From the NCBI RefSeq assembly GCF_009914755.1, contig NC_060928.1: DNA of 64,000 bases; one strand, given 5' to 3'. Numbering within the stretch: the first letter of the stretch is position 1; every line of letters starts with the position of its first letter. This stretch comes from the human T2T-CHM13v2.0 reference genome, Homo sapiens. The notes under the pieces are model-generated. The model made no database searches. It worked only from the letters and a program-made list of their open reading frames with translations, and had not been told where the DNA came from. Shown here piece by piece: positions 1-13,105 of the stretch. A program made the position numbers and the translations under genes.

Positions 1-574
1 TACCTCCATACTATATATTTGAACTGAAATGTCTGATTTTAGAACAAGTCACATGTCATTTTTATTTTGTCTTTAAAAACTTCTGACACTGAGAAGTGAG
101 ATATCTCAATTAGAACAAATTATACTGTTGTTTCAAAATAAAAGAGCTGACTTAATATCACTCATCTTATGATAAATTCACAAATGGAAGTGTCTTTTTG
201 TTAACTTTCCTTATAGTACTAAGATAAATTTCATTAATCTGAACTGATGGAACGAGTCAATATTCACATCATCCACAATGCATAAACATAATCTCAGCTG
301 GCCTTGACAATGTATCTCTTCTAGCATGAAAAATAAGGAAGGAATGTGGGTGAATGGGGGAGAATGTTTAGCTCTAGTAATGTTAACACTAAAATTATTT
401 TGCCAGGAATTTCCTACCCTCAGATCTTCATCCAATGGGTCATTCAACACCGCGAGAGTGCATTCTGCAGGGACTTCTTTCTGGTAAAAGCATTGGAGTA
501 CCACTGACCCGCAGATCTATGAGGGCCATGTTTAAGCTCCTCATGACTAATACAGATAGCTGGTAATATCCAAC

Positions 575-942
575 TGCTATGGACCAAATTGTGTCCCCAC
601 AAAATTCATATGTTGAAGCCCTAACCCTTAATGTGATAGTATTTGGAGACAGAGCCTTTGGGAGATTATTTTGAAATCATAGGATCATAAAGATGGGGCT
701 CTGATGATGGGATTAGTGCCTTTATAGGACAAGAGGGCTTGCTCCCCTCACCCTGCTACCTCCTATGTAAGGAAACATTGAGAAGGTGGCCACCTACAAG
801 GTACCTCTCCAGAAACCGAACATGCTGGCACCGATTTCAGACTTCCAGTCTCCAGAACTGGAAGAAAATAAATTTCTGTGTGTGTCTTTTTTTTAAGCCA
901 CCCATTCTATGATATTTTGTCATGGCAGCCTGAATGAAGACA
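575..942 (+). mobile_element. MaLR solo LTR, MLT1A/B-like
   Basis: TGCTATGG...GTGTCCCC..AAAATTCATATGTTGAAGCCCTAA start; GACTTCCAGTCTCCAGAACT..AAATAAATTTCTG; ends ...GACA. Confidence 0.8.
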
Positions 943-1149
943 CTGACAATACATTTTAAGGCAAAACATTTTTTTCATGCTTTGTGGGACCCTAGAATTT
1001 GTCCAAACACTTAAGCAGATGAAAGGCTCTTCTGAGAAATATTGTGGTGGAGCCATAGGGAACCCTCTGCTCTGCTCTATTCAGAAGCTAAAATACAAGT
1101 AACACTCCTCACTTTTCCTAACTTTGCTATCAACTCATCTGACCTCCAA

Positions 1150-1315
1150 CAGGGTTTCTCTAAGTGTGACCTGAGTACCACCTGCCTCAAGGTCACTTGG
1201 ACTGCTTGTTGAAATCAGATTTCTGGGCCCCATTCAGATGAACTAAATCAGAATCTCTCACGGTTGGACCCTGAAATATGCCCTTTAAATGAAAGTTCTT
1301 TACAATTACTGGGAA
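1150..1315. mobile_element. MER5-like hAT-Charlie DNA transposon fragment
   Basis: CAGATTTCTGGGCCCC...AAATCAGAATCTCT core typical of MER5A/B. Confidence 0.6.
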
Positions 1316-1955
1316 CCTCCAATATAAAAATAATGGAGCATCCTGGATCAAGGACCCCTGGCTATGAGGCCTTCAAGCAGTTGTCACTCTGGTCCTGCCA
1401 AAAATGAAGTTGAAATAATATGTTTGAGCAGCACAGGCTAAGGGACAAGTAGCCTCACATTCATTTAGTTTCTCTAAACTTTATTAACTATTTAAAATTT
1501 GGTCTCCAGGAAGCTATTTACCTAAACCACAGCACAGCAAGTAGGCAGCCTACAGAAATGCCTTCAGCAGTGACTGTTTAATGTCAAGACCTTGCTTTTA
1601 TGAAGGAGTGATATTTTTAAAAGGTTATTGTATCTTTTCAAAAACAATTAAAGAGTTAAAGAGATTGTTCACCATAGTATTCTTTGTACCTTTTATGAGG
1701 ATTAAAGTGCCAAAGTCAACCTAGAATTGCAAATCAAGAAGCCTCTCTCTTCAGATAAGTTTTTGTCCTTTAATCTAAAAATAAAAACTGTATAACCCTC
1801 ACTCCCCTGCCCCTCTCTTAGGGGGACTGCTCAATTGTTATTACTATCTTATTTCACATTTCTGGCACAGTCTTTCTCCTTTTTTAAATTATTTCTCACA
1901 CAGATTTAAAACCAAATATCCTATATTCCATGTGTTTTAAACCTGTTTTAAGTTA

Positions 1956-2044
1956 TTTGAGACAGAGTCTTACTCTGTCACCCAGGCTGGAGTGTAGTGG
2001 GAGGATCTCGGCTCGCTGCAACTTCTGCCTCCCGGGCTCAAGTG
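1956..2044 (-). mobile_element. Alu right-arm fragment
   Basis: TTTGAGACAGAGTCTTACTCTGTCACCCAGGCTGGAGTG...GGGCTCAAGTG. Confidence 0.85.
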
Positions 2045-2169
2045 TCTGAATTTATTTAAAAAAAAAAAAACAACCCAGAGTATTAAGAAATACCCTCTCA
2101 TATATGCCTCTACTGTACACGTTCATAGATAGTACAGTCATGTTTTATTTATCATTATCCACAGAGTTC

Positions 2170-3050
2170 TACCCAGTGCCCCATAGAAAATAAATATCAA
2201 TAAATATCTGTTTAGTTGAGTTTCTAAATCTCTTCCTAGATCCCATCCTCTCACCTGACCTCAGGTCCCACATATACTGTGGTCTATCACCTGGTTACTC
2301 TAAAATGCCCCAACTCACCTTCTTCCTTAAAGCAGCTCCCACTCCTAACATTTGTATCTCAGGCTGATTATTCAGGTTTAGAAATTTCAAGGTCATCTAT
2401 GACTCACTGTTTTGATCATGTCAGTCACAAAGTTCTAAAGCTTCTGCTTTGGAATGTTTCTTGTACTGAATGCTTCCTTCCAATTCTCATTGCCAGCACC
2501 AGCCTCCAGATCTTTATCAAGTCATAGCTGGGTTGTTGTAACAGCTTCCCAGCAGAGATGGCATGAAGGAAGGCAACTAAACTTTTCTGAGCACCTCATA
2601 TGTATGTAATGTTTTCAATGCACTATCATATTTAACTCTCATAACAATACCACGAAGCAGGTATAATTTTCTCTGTTTCATAGATAACAAAACTGAGCTC
2701 AAATGAAATTGCCAAAGATAACACAAATGGTAAAATAACGAAGAACTGGGATTCAACCTGGAATCTGTCTGACTCTTATTTTCCATTGCCTCAGGCTGTA
2801 CCTGATTCTCCTCTTTACACATGACAACTATGCCCAGCATCTTGCTGTTCATAAACTCTGTTTTCACCATATCACACTTCTCTTTAAAAAAAAAAACCAA
2901 AACAGGAAACCATCAGTAACACCCCTACTGCTCTTTTCATCAGTCGAGACTCGTCTGTATGACTTTCAGGGATGGTGACAGCCCACCCCACCCTGCCTAG
3001 CCAACCTTCCTTCCCTTGTTCCCCAGATTCATTCTTCACTATCCTGTAAA
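2170..3050 (+). mobile_element. Degenerate L2 fragments, interrupted by a MIR
   Basis: L2 3'-like CAATAAATATCTGTTTAGTTGA, plus pyrimidine-rich L2-like segments either side of the MIR. Confidence 0.45.
2580..2780 (-). mobile_element. MIR SINE
   Basis: Reverse-strand MIR core: TTTCATAGATAACAAAACTGAGCTC...TTGCCAAAGATAACAC...GGGATTCAACCTGG. Confidence 0.7.
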
Positions 3051-5625
3051 CATATTATTCTGCCATTTCTGTACTGTCAAGGGGTACTCCCGTACTATTA
3101 AGGACATTTGTTGAAAATATATTAAGGTGCTCTTCTTTTTTGCCTTTTCAAATACAGGATCTTTGCCCTGGTTGACTCAGGACATCTCTGCCTGGAGGGT
3201 GGGTGGTGCAGTATAGAGTTGGGTGGGTGTGTTCAAGGGGAGTTCGAGAAGATACATTTTACAGGAGTGAAAAGAAAAGGATCATGGAGAAGTTCAGATT
3301 CTTACAAGCAAAAAATTATGGGATTTTTGTATTTTTATGAATGATTTTGAGGATTTTGCAAGCAGAATTTGAGAAAAGGGAAACTGTCTAATGAAAAGAT
3401 TTTCTCAATTCCTTTATTCCTCTAATTCATCCTGAAGGACCCTGATCATAAAGTGCTCTCATTATGCAGACAAGATAGCTCTCCCACTTCTGACAGCAAA
3501 GCCGTGATGCTTACTGTCCTGGGAGGACAAATAAATAACAGAAGGGAAGTAAAAGTCAAGATGTGGATTCAATAAGGTGAGGAAGTACCTTAAGTACTGG
3601 TTAAGTAATGGAATGATATGGGAAAAGCAAAGAGCTTTCTCAAGCCACCCTCAGCTCCTCTGTGGTGTGGACCCTGCTATGAGAGCCAGGTAGCCTGCAC
3701 TAAGGCTTGGGACAGATTGCTGGTGCTGTAAGCTGGATGGAAGATGTTGCAGGTGCTGGGATTTGTAGCAGTGGGAGCTGAGCTGAAACCAAGTACTTGA
3801 GGGAGCATATCTGGGTTTCTAACAAAAGAAAGTCAGCCAAGATCCAGTTACTTCTGCTGACAAGCAGCACTCAAGTAGACATAGAACAGTGCCCAGAGAC
3901 CAGAAGAGTTAGAGGACACTAACTCTTTCCCCCTCCAGGGACACATAAGCTCCCCTCCCCCAAGGGCCAGATGTGACAGAGAAGAGCAGGGGAAAGGGTA
4001 GTTCCCGAGAGCCTGAGCAAGTTTATCCAAATAAACATTTACTTTATAGTATCGAACTAAGATAAAAGAGGTCAGCCTCCCGGCCTCTTTCTGCAGTGTG
4101 CTGAATGCTGGTAGACAGACAGGCCACTGAGACTCTGAGCCCTTTAGAAGATTGGGGGACAAGAATCAGAAAGCAAAAGCCCCTTCCACACCGGCTCAAG
4201 ACGTGGGGAGACACTGTCCTAACTGACCAAATCCCTGCCAAATGTAGAGCAAGCCTTCCCTCCTTGTCAATTCACGTAACTGCTTAATTGCTTAATTGAC
4301 TTAATTGCCTAATTTATTGATTGCACTATTCACTTGTTGAGTGTCTGTGTAGTAAGCAAAAACAAAACAAAATTTAAAACACTAATGTGAACCACAGATT
4401 GGGCATTTAATGTTTTCTCTCCTACTCAGTAAGTGGGAGGCTCAGGAGACAGACTTTTGTTGCAGGCAGATTACAGGAGCTACACGTTGCTGCCCATCCA
4501 AGTTGTGAGTGATTTCTTGACCCTTTTACACCTACCTCCAGGATGTTCCTCTTATGTTTCCCTCTCTGAACACACTGTTATTTCTGCTCTTTGCCAATTC
4601 AAATCCTTCTTACCATCAGTGGTCCAGTTTACATTACACTTCTGTATACAGAGGGTCACGTTTCACAGGGCAATGCCGATATGACCCACAAGATTCTGTT
4701 CAGTATGAAATGTTGGGTCTTTTGATCCTTTCTGAAGCCATTCCTGACCACTTCAGCCCAAGCTTTTGTAATATAGGTAGTCTACTCATAAATATAGACA
4801 CTTAATTTTACCTCATCTCCTTGATTTTTGTCTCCTTGATTATTGTCTCCTGTGACAATCATGTCCTCAGTTCAATTGAGGATAAATGTTTTATGTGCCT
4901 TATCTTATGTTTTATTCTTGACATATTATCTCTACTGTACCTAATACAATGTAGTATATGTTCAAAAATACTTGGCAATTGATACTAATTCTGCAGATTT
5001 AAAGACTTCATCAGAATGCTACCTCCCTTACGGTCACTGAGGAGTACAGAACTAGAAGATTAGAGCTCAGAGGTCTTCCTGGCTACTTTATCATGATGCT
5101 GCTAGGGAATAAGAAAATGAACAATGGGTTATAAATCCAAGTATCACTATTAAAATGCATGCTGAGCTTATGTGTCAGAACATTTTGGTTCTACAAAGAA
5201 CAGCTTCTAACATGGGTGTTTGGGTTGAATCACAAGCTCCTTAGCACACTGCAATACATGAGCATTATTACGGAAGTCACCTCAAATCCTTTATTGAATG
5301 AGGTAAAGATTAACCAACTATTCAACCCATGTAGCAAGCAAGCAAAGTAAGAACACCATCAATGTGAGTTGAGTTAATGAGAATGACATCCAAAATGTTT
5401 GGATGGAGCAGTTCACCACATTGAAGAAAGTGACTGTGCTAACCAGCCAGGATCCTGTGCGTCAGTTTTGAAGGGCAAGAAGGGCAGATGGAGCCACAGA
5501 AGATAAGTAGTGAGAAAAGCACAGAAGTGGGGGAAAGTGTTAGACAACAGCCACCATGTTAGTTACACTATGGAGATGGTGATAATTGGAAATGGTAATG
5601 AGGGTGGGAAGCAGCAGGTACTGAC

Positions 5626-5675
5626 AAAAGACAAGAAAGTCAGAGAAGAAAAGACAAGAAAGTCAGAGAAGAAAA
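5626..5675 (+). repeat. Perfect 23-bp tandem duplication
   Basis: AAAAGACAAGAAAGTCAGAGAAG x2. Confidence 0.85.
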
Positions 5676-6317
5676 GTCAAAAAATAGAAAAATCCCATAA
5701 TCTCCCTGGCAAGCAGGCACCTGTCAGTCAATGTGGCTACCTCTGGAGACATCTGACATTTACACAATAGGCTTATGTGTATGTGGTTGGAAGGAGGAGA
5801 CAGAATCTGACAGTCTTAATAATATCATCAAAAACACACATTTTGAACATCTCTTAATATATATTTTTTGGAGGGGAAGAAGTGGAGTGGGGACACTCTG
5901 AACCCCAGTAGCCATTAAGTACACCAGCATGCAAGGCTAGGGAAAGCTAGCCCATCACTTCAACTGTCTAGTTAGAGAGTACATGGCCACAGGTAGTCCA
6001 CAAGTATCTCATACCTACTTCTCAGCCTGCATCTACCTACACATCATAGAGCTCAATAATACATTGTCACAGTAACAACCAAACCAGCAAGATAAGGTGC
6101 TTCACTGAAGAAAGAGGAAAGCGCAGATTTCATTTCTAAAGATTCTCATCATTCCCACCGCCGCCCTGACACACACACATAAAAATTTAAAATATAAGCA
6201 TTCCAGCACTTATAAGCCCAGAGAGATATTTAGGTCTCCACAGTAATGAATTCCCTGATAGTTTCTGTTGGTCTGCATTATATTCAGAATTCTTCATGCA
6301 TAATTTTAATAAAGCTT

Positions 6318-6631
6318 GGCCAGGCATGGTGGCTCATGCCTATAATCCCAGTACTTTGGGAGGCAGAGGCAGATGACTCACTTGAAGCCAGAAGTTCTAG
6401 ACCAACTGGGGCAACAAAGTGAAACCCCATCTCTACTAAAAATACAAAAATTAGCTGGGCATGGTGGTGCATGCCTATAATCCCAGCTACTCGGGAGGCT
6501 GAGGCACAAGAATCAAGAATGGCTTGAATCTGGGAGTTGGAAGTTGCAGTGAGCCAAGATTGCGCTGCTGCACTCCAGCCTGGGTGACAGAACGAGACCC
6601 TGTCTCAAAAAACAAACAAACAAACAAAAAA
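6318..6631 (+). mobile_element. Full-length Alu (old S/J)
   Basis: Dimeric Alu with (CAAA)n tail. Confidence 0.95.
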
Positions 6632-8446
6632 CTTAAAAACAATCTATTAGATATATGCTAATTTTGGCATTTGCCCTAATGACTGTCAGAAGCAAGAAGC
6701 TGTTGTGTATTTAAGGAGAGGAACCCTGGTCTATCTCCACTGCTTTATCTCTCATTCTTTTCATAAAAGCATGAGTAGCTCTTTGCCAGATTCCTCAGCA
6801 GCTAAAACCAGAAAAGCAAACAGCTACCTAACAGTGCATTGTTCCCTCTAAAAGTACACTGGAGCAGAAGTGAGGACCCTTAGCCATTGCCTGCATGACT
6901 TCTTGGTAATACTTCTTAAACGAACGTATGTGCCCAAGAAAGTATTCAAGCAAATGCCTTCTAGAACTTAGATGTTTATGCTTCTAGGAACTGTGTTCTG
7001 TGTATAACTCCATTAAACCAACTACTGTATTGCTTTGCAATTGTCTGTCTTCATGCCTATCTCCCCAATGATATTAAAATGTCCTTAAAGGCAAAGGCTG
7101 CCTCTTTTCATCTCCATATGCTTGGCTTTTAGTATATGGTGATGAATATCTATTGGAGGGATGGGTGCCCAGATGCACGCATAGTTAAACCACATCACTG
7201 AAGACCTAAGGAACAGATAATTTTCCCCCCCTAGATTACAGAATACCCCTAGTCACATATGGTTATGTGTGGAAGAAGCAGTGGTGGAGGGGAATTGAAG
7301 TGATTCGTCTATAAAAAAGAATGTCACATATAATATAAATTAATAAAAAGAAATAAAAGTAATGTCAACAATCATTCTTTCAAAGCAAATTTCTGCTTAA
7401 TAACATTTAATTCTTAGTTACACCACAAAAGTATTTGGTGCATTCTCTATCTCTTGATTTTGATTTTACATAGTTATATTTTATCAGGATAATCTAGAGG
7501 CAAACAGGAGATAAATCTTAAAATTAATAACCTTTAATAATTAATTAGTAATTAAACAAATCTCAAACTCATCTTCACAATGCTTTTTAAAACTAATTTT
7601 TATTATTTCAGGAAGACTAGTGACAATGAAATTAAAAGTTATATAAATTCAGTCTATACTTGAACAAGAATTCAGACAAAATGACCATAGATAATAAAAT
7701 TAAGGAACTTCTACTGACCCAAGAGAAGTTCATATTTAAATACATTAGTCACTATCAATTATATATATATAGTTATTAGAATAAAGGAATCTGGTTTTCT
7801 ATCATTATCATCCATATCTAAAGTCAAAACAAGTCACACATTTTCCTTAACAAGTCACACATTTGTGGACATTTAAGTCTCATTTTTTAAAAAGACCTAG
7901 GACCAAATCCACATTATCACCTATTATTTGAACAGTGCAAAGAAAATAGTATTTTTAATAGGTTTTTTTTTAACTAGATAATTGAAGACAAATATACCTG
8001 ACCTAAATGCTAAATTAAACACAAAATGCTATTAACAATCCTAATTATTCTCATAAAGTCACTGCTGAGCCCCTCGTGCATAAGCGTGAAGTCAGCCATC
8101 CCACAGTCTACATCTGCAGACCCTCTGTATGGGGCCAGACTCCTATGTGTTCACCCAGCACAGCCCACTAACACAGCGCCCCTTCTGGACGGATGTTATG
8201 CAACACTGAGGGCAGTAGAGGGGAGAGGGTTGAGAAGCAAGACTTCTGGACAAGCAAAGAGCCTCCCCTCCTTAGAAGAATGCCCAGCAGCCATTCATCA
8301 TTCCTTAGCATCCTCCCTGAAACAGGAAATCTCAATCCTGAGCTAGGAAATTTAAAGGATTCCTTCCTACCAAGGGCACAGCAACTCCGTAAAGTTTTCT
8401 TCCTCCCATTACATTTCCCATGGCGTTTGACTGCCTATTATAAACT

Positions 8447-8469
8447 GGGGGGTGGGGGGAGGGTGGGGG
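8447..8469 (+). other. G-quadruplex motif
   Basis: GGGGGGTGGGGGGAGGGTGGGGG. Confidence 0.6.
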
Positions 8470-9329
8470 AGTAAAGGTTTATGGGATATTGTAGGCAGAG
8501 GAAAAGCTCAATGTTTAATAACAACTTTAAGAGAAAGAGAGAGGGACAGAAAAGCACAGACACATTTTCTATCCCAGCACAATAATGAAAAATCCTTAAA
8601 ATTCTAACTCAGTCCTCAGAAGATGGTCTAGTGCTGGACTGGGATCCTCTCACCTCTTTAATATTAATAAAAGGGATAATCATAAATAATATTTGGCAGG
8701 GGGTCAACTGTGCTTTGCGATAACCTTTTTTCCTCTTTCCCCTTACTCTTAGACCTCCTATTTAGCTTACCAACTTTCTCAAGTTGATTTGCCATCAGCA
8801 GCCAAATTTAAATGAATTAATTGGATTTCATAAATAAATTAATACTAATTAATAGTTTCCTGTATTGCTCCTCCCAAGAGTAAATGCATTTTAAAATTTC
8901 TTTGAGGAAGAGAGAAATGCTTAACCACAGGAGGCCACAGTGCGAACAGCACAGTCCCAGAAAGCTGGGGATTTCAGATGGCCTGGGGCTGCTGTGAATT
9001 AGATGTCAATCTGCAGCTTCAGTTTCTTAATTTGTAAAATAAGAGACTGGACTAGATGAAATCCTTTCAAATTCAAACATTCTATTATTCTTCAAAATAT
9101 TCTATATTGTTAAATTTCAGAAGTGTGGTACTAAGATGATTTTAGGTGGGGAATTCAGATGACCTTCTTATCACACAGTGTAAGTTACTATCTACTCCAT
9201 GTGCTTAATAAGATCAGTTACGAGTAAGAATGTTCTTCCTTCTGCCATTCTTGGTTACGTTAAATAATATTGCCAATGTTAGGGCTTAAATAAACACAAC
9301 ACACAATCATAGGAGTGTATCATAGGGAT

Positions 9330-10850
9330 GTTCAGTCTCAAGATGGTGGAATAAAGGCCTTTCTCATCCCTTCTCCTTTTCAAAATTACCTCCCTAAACA
9401 AGGAGAACAAGGAATTGCAACACAAATTTCATCTTCCATGAAACCAAGAGACATTTGTAACTCCAAGCTACAATATATAACGGTGGAAAGGAGATGAGTT
9501 GTTAAAATAGTAAATCATTTAGTGGAGAGAAAGAAGTTCCAACTACAGTGGCTGTTACAGAAAACAAGCTGATCCACCCAGCTCAATGCTAGAGAACGCC
9601 CAGAAATTGAAAGCAAAAAAAATTCCAGAAAGTAGAGATAAGGCTGGAACCTAAAATGAGGGAATTGGCTATATAAAAAGTGCATAGAAACCCTCCCCCT
9701 ACATCCCCACCTGCTAATTGATATGGTTAAGTGACAACCCTCCTGCACCCCTATGGGAGATAGGATATGGAATCTCTGGAGATACAGAAACAGAAATGCT
9801 CTAGACGTGGGGATACCAGGGGGGCAGGAACTAGGAACAGGGGGACTCTTGCCCAGTTCGTCAATACTAACAGCCAGGTTTATTATTTCCTAATCTCTTC
9901 TCCCCTGAGAAATATTAGGAAAAAAACCCCTGGATCTCTGAAATAAAGAATGCTATAAAAAAGAATACTCATAAGACAAGAAAGAGCTCTTAGAAATTAA
10001 AAATATAATCACTAAAATGGAAATAAATTCAGTGAAAGAGTTGGGAGATAGAGACAAGGAAATAGAAAAAACACAAAAAGCAAGCACTGGAAAACAGAAG
10101 AGAAGAGATATAAAAACTAGGGGATCAGTCAGGAGGTCCAACATCCAGACCATAGAAATTCCAGAAAAAGCAAAGAATAAAAATAGTGGTTAGGAAAACT
10201 TCCCAGAACTAAAGGACATAATGTCCAGATGGAAAGTGTTACCCAAGTGTCCAGCTCAGGTGATGATGAAAGCATCCATACCAAGGCACATCTTCAGAAG
10301 AGAGCTAATGAACAGACAATTCTAAGAGCTTCCTGAAGCGGGGGGAAAAAAAGACCTCATACAAAGAAAGTTAGAGGGCTCTAGAAAGGATAACTTCAGG
10401 AAAACACACACAGTTATACACCGTAGAAGATTTAGCTAAGAAACAAGGACACGATGTGACAAATATTTACTCCAAGAAAAACAATCAATTATCAAAGAAA
10501 ATAAATGTAGTCATACTATACTACTTGACTTAGCGGTGAACAATGATTACATGGTCATATTAATGAAGAACTTAAATAAGATATTAACCAGAAATTGTGA
10601 TAAACCATCTTGTGGAAGATAGGGGGAGAATAATAGATACATGTGAACATAAATTCTCACCTGAGACTACTGATAACATCTAAAATATGAATAAAAAGAT
10701 AGCAGTATATGAAAGAGTTGAAAGTGGAGTAGACAGAAAAGGAGAAGGGACCAGGGAATTGCTGGGGGCTTGCTGTTGTTCGTAGACGTCTTTTAGCACT
10801 ATCTAACTTTTAAAACTATTTGATATTACATAAAAATAACTTAAACCAAC
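9330..10850 (+). mobile_element. HAL1/L1ME-like LINE remnant (5' UTR and decayed ORF1)
   Basis: CAAGATGG 5' motif; CAGGAGGTCCAACATCC...TTCCCAGAACTAAAGGACAT...CCAAGGCACATC resembles HAL1 ORF1. Confidence 0.7.
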
Positions 10851-10935
10851 AAAAATGATGACTCATTGTACACAGTGAAATTGCTATATACAACTGATAA
10901 TATAAAGAAAAGTTTCAGAGTATTAAAGGCCTCAA

Positions 10936-11240
10936 GGCTGGGTGGTGCAGTGGTTCATGCCTATAATCACAGCAACTTGGGAGGTAGAGGTAGGAGGATT
11001 GCTTGAGCTCAGGAGTTAGAGACCAGCCTGGGCAACATAGTGAGACCTCATCGATACAAAAAATTTTACAAGTAGTCAGTTATGGTAGTGTGTGCCTGTA
11101 GTCCCAGTTACTTGGGAGGCTAAGATTTGAGGATCACTTGAGCCTAGGAGTTTGAGTCTGCAATGAGCTATGATTGCACCAACTGCACTCCAGCCTAGGT
11201 GATAGAGTGAGACTCTGTCTCAAAAAAAAAAAAAAAAAAA
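10936..11240 (+). mobile_element. AluJ
   Basis: GGATTGCTTGAGCTCAGG J-type motif, poly-A tail, degenerate TSD TAAAGGCCTCAAG / TAAAGTCCTTAAG. Confidence 0.93.
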
Positions 11241-11879
11241 GAATTAAAAAAATAAAGTCCTTAAGTCTAATGCCATGCTGTGCTGTTCTTAAAAATTAAA
11301 CTATAACTGTAAAGAAAGCCGCCTCTTTCTTAATAACACTAGTCAGTCTGGACTCAAAGTCCAGACTCATGTCCCTAAGATTCAACAATCACTTGGAGAA
11401 TCTGATTCCCTCCAGGGTTGGGAGGGAGGGAAGTCCTGCTTCCAGTCTAATGCCTGAGCCAACACACACGCTAAGCCAAGACTGGAACATTTATACAAGA
11501 CCAGTGCCACAGAAACTAACATACAAAGTGTTTTAGGTAATCTGAGTTACAAGGCATTGTGGACTCATTTTTGGTTCCTTGATCATATAAAGGTGAGTAT
11601 CAGAAGATCTATTATTGATTTGCCAGGGAAGCGTTAGAACATTACTTTACATCTCTGTGTACTAATTTCCTCATTTGGTAAGTGATGACAATGATTTAAA
11701 AAACTGCTTTAAAGAGGAGCGATTTAAGTGAATGAGTATAAACGACAGCATGAAGTAGTATATAAACACAAATTAACTACTTTTATTAAGACAATTTTTT
11801 GGCAGCACTTCCTCTAAAGAAAAACTAAACAGGATTTTTTTTCTAGAAATCTTTCTCTGTTAAAGATAACATTGCTGAA

Positions 11880-13105
11880 AAATCTAATGATTTTGTGCAT
11901 GTATGCTAATACGTGCAAGGACTGATTCTTCTAACAGTAGAGTCATAAGTTTTTCTCTTGATCTTTCAGTTTTTGAAGAGTGTGCATCGATGTTATTTCT
12001 TGCTGCTTTTTCTCCCTGCCCTCTAAACAAAAGCTTTTTCCCTCAAAATCTAGCTTGGACTCCCTTTGTTTCTCTCTTCACACTCCTTTGAGTAATCTCA
12101 TGTAGTCACACAACTGTGTAACAATTCCCATCAGACAGCTTTAAACTTGTATTTCCTTTTCCCTGCTTAACATCTCTATCAGAAATATTTGATCATTCAC
12201 TATTCCTTTAAAAAGAAAAAAAAAAAAAACAAAAAGAGAACTATCTGAAAAATCAGATCCTCACCTTTGCTTTTTTCTTGTCAACAATGGCATCAACCAT
12301 GTTGGTTATCTGGGTCAAAAATCACTAAATTGTCTCTGATCCTGCTTTCTCTTTAAAGCCATCATGGATAGTGAGTTGCAAAATTCCATAGATTCTAGCT
12401 GGTTTTTTTTTTTTTCCCTCAATTTCTCCCCTTTCCATTCCACCAACACTACACTATTACAGAGTCTAATCTCAGCCTGGACAGTTACAGTCATCTCCTA
12501 ATTTGTCTCTTCACTTTCTATTAATTGCCACTTCAATCCAGAGTGGGTTTGCTCAAATTACTGCTACTTTAAAATAATCAGTGGCTCCCTAGTGCCTCAT
12601 CCTGGCATATAGGATCCTCCGCACTAATGCCTCAAACCAACATGTCCAGCTAAATCTCACTGCTCCCCTATACATATCTATGTTCCAACCAAACTCAACT
12701 AATATTCCTTAAACATGCCTGGCATTTTGGGGAAAGAGAGGGCTTGAATTAAGTATTTACCTTGTCTCTGCTTCTTGTCCTATCTATCCTTCAAGGCCCA
12801 TAAAGGTTTCCTTGATTTCCCCACAACTTAATGTTGTCCTTCTCTTCTTCGCACTTGACCCTTTATAACTCTTTGCGGTTTTTTTTTTGTTTTTTTGTTT
12901 TTGTTGTTGTTGTTTTTTTTTAAAACGGAACTGATTTTACTCTAATTTACAGCATAACTGCTCATGCCCAGTCTCATTCCCACCTCTCCCTCATGAGATT
13001 GTAAACTTCTTGAGTACAGGAAAGTTGTCATGCTTATCTTTGTGGCTTGCAGTACCTAGCCTACACTTTGCAAATATGCACGCTTGAGAAACGCTTGAAT
13101 TGAGA
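11880..13105 (+). mobile_element. L2 LINE 3' region, degenerate
   Basis: L2-like CAGTGGCTCCC, CCTTCAAGGCCCA and GATTGTAAACTTCTTGAG...AGG motifs, ending ...TTGAATTGA. Confidence 0.6.

Noticed and set aside
211-504. 97-aa minus ORF as a possible TRPC3 exon
   Set aside because: No resemblance to TRPC ankyrin or transmembrane sequence; intronic.
3600-4250. Possible ancient LTR
   Set aside because: Only vague LTR-like composition and an AATAAA; no family or termini could be supported.
6318-11240. Exonisation of the two Alus antisense to TRPC3 in intron 1
   Set aside because: Poly-U/AG acceptors exist, but the usual Alu donor positions read AG|GCATG or AG|GCACA, not GT.
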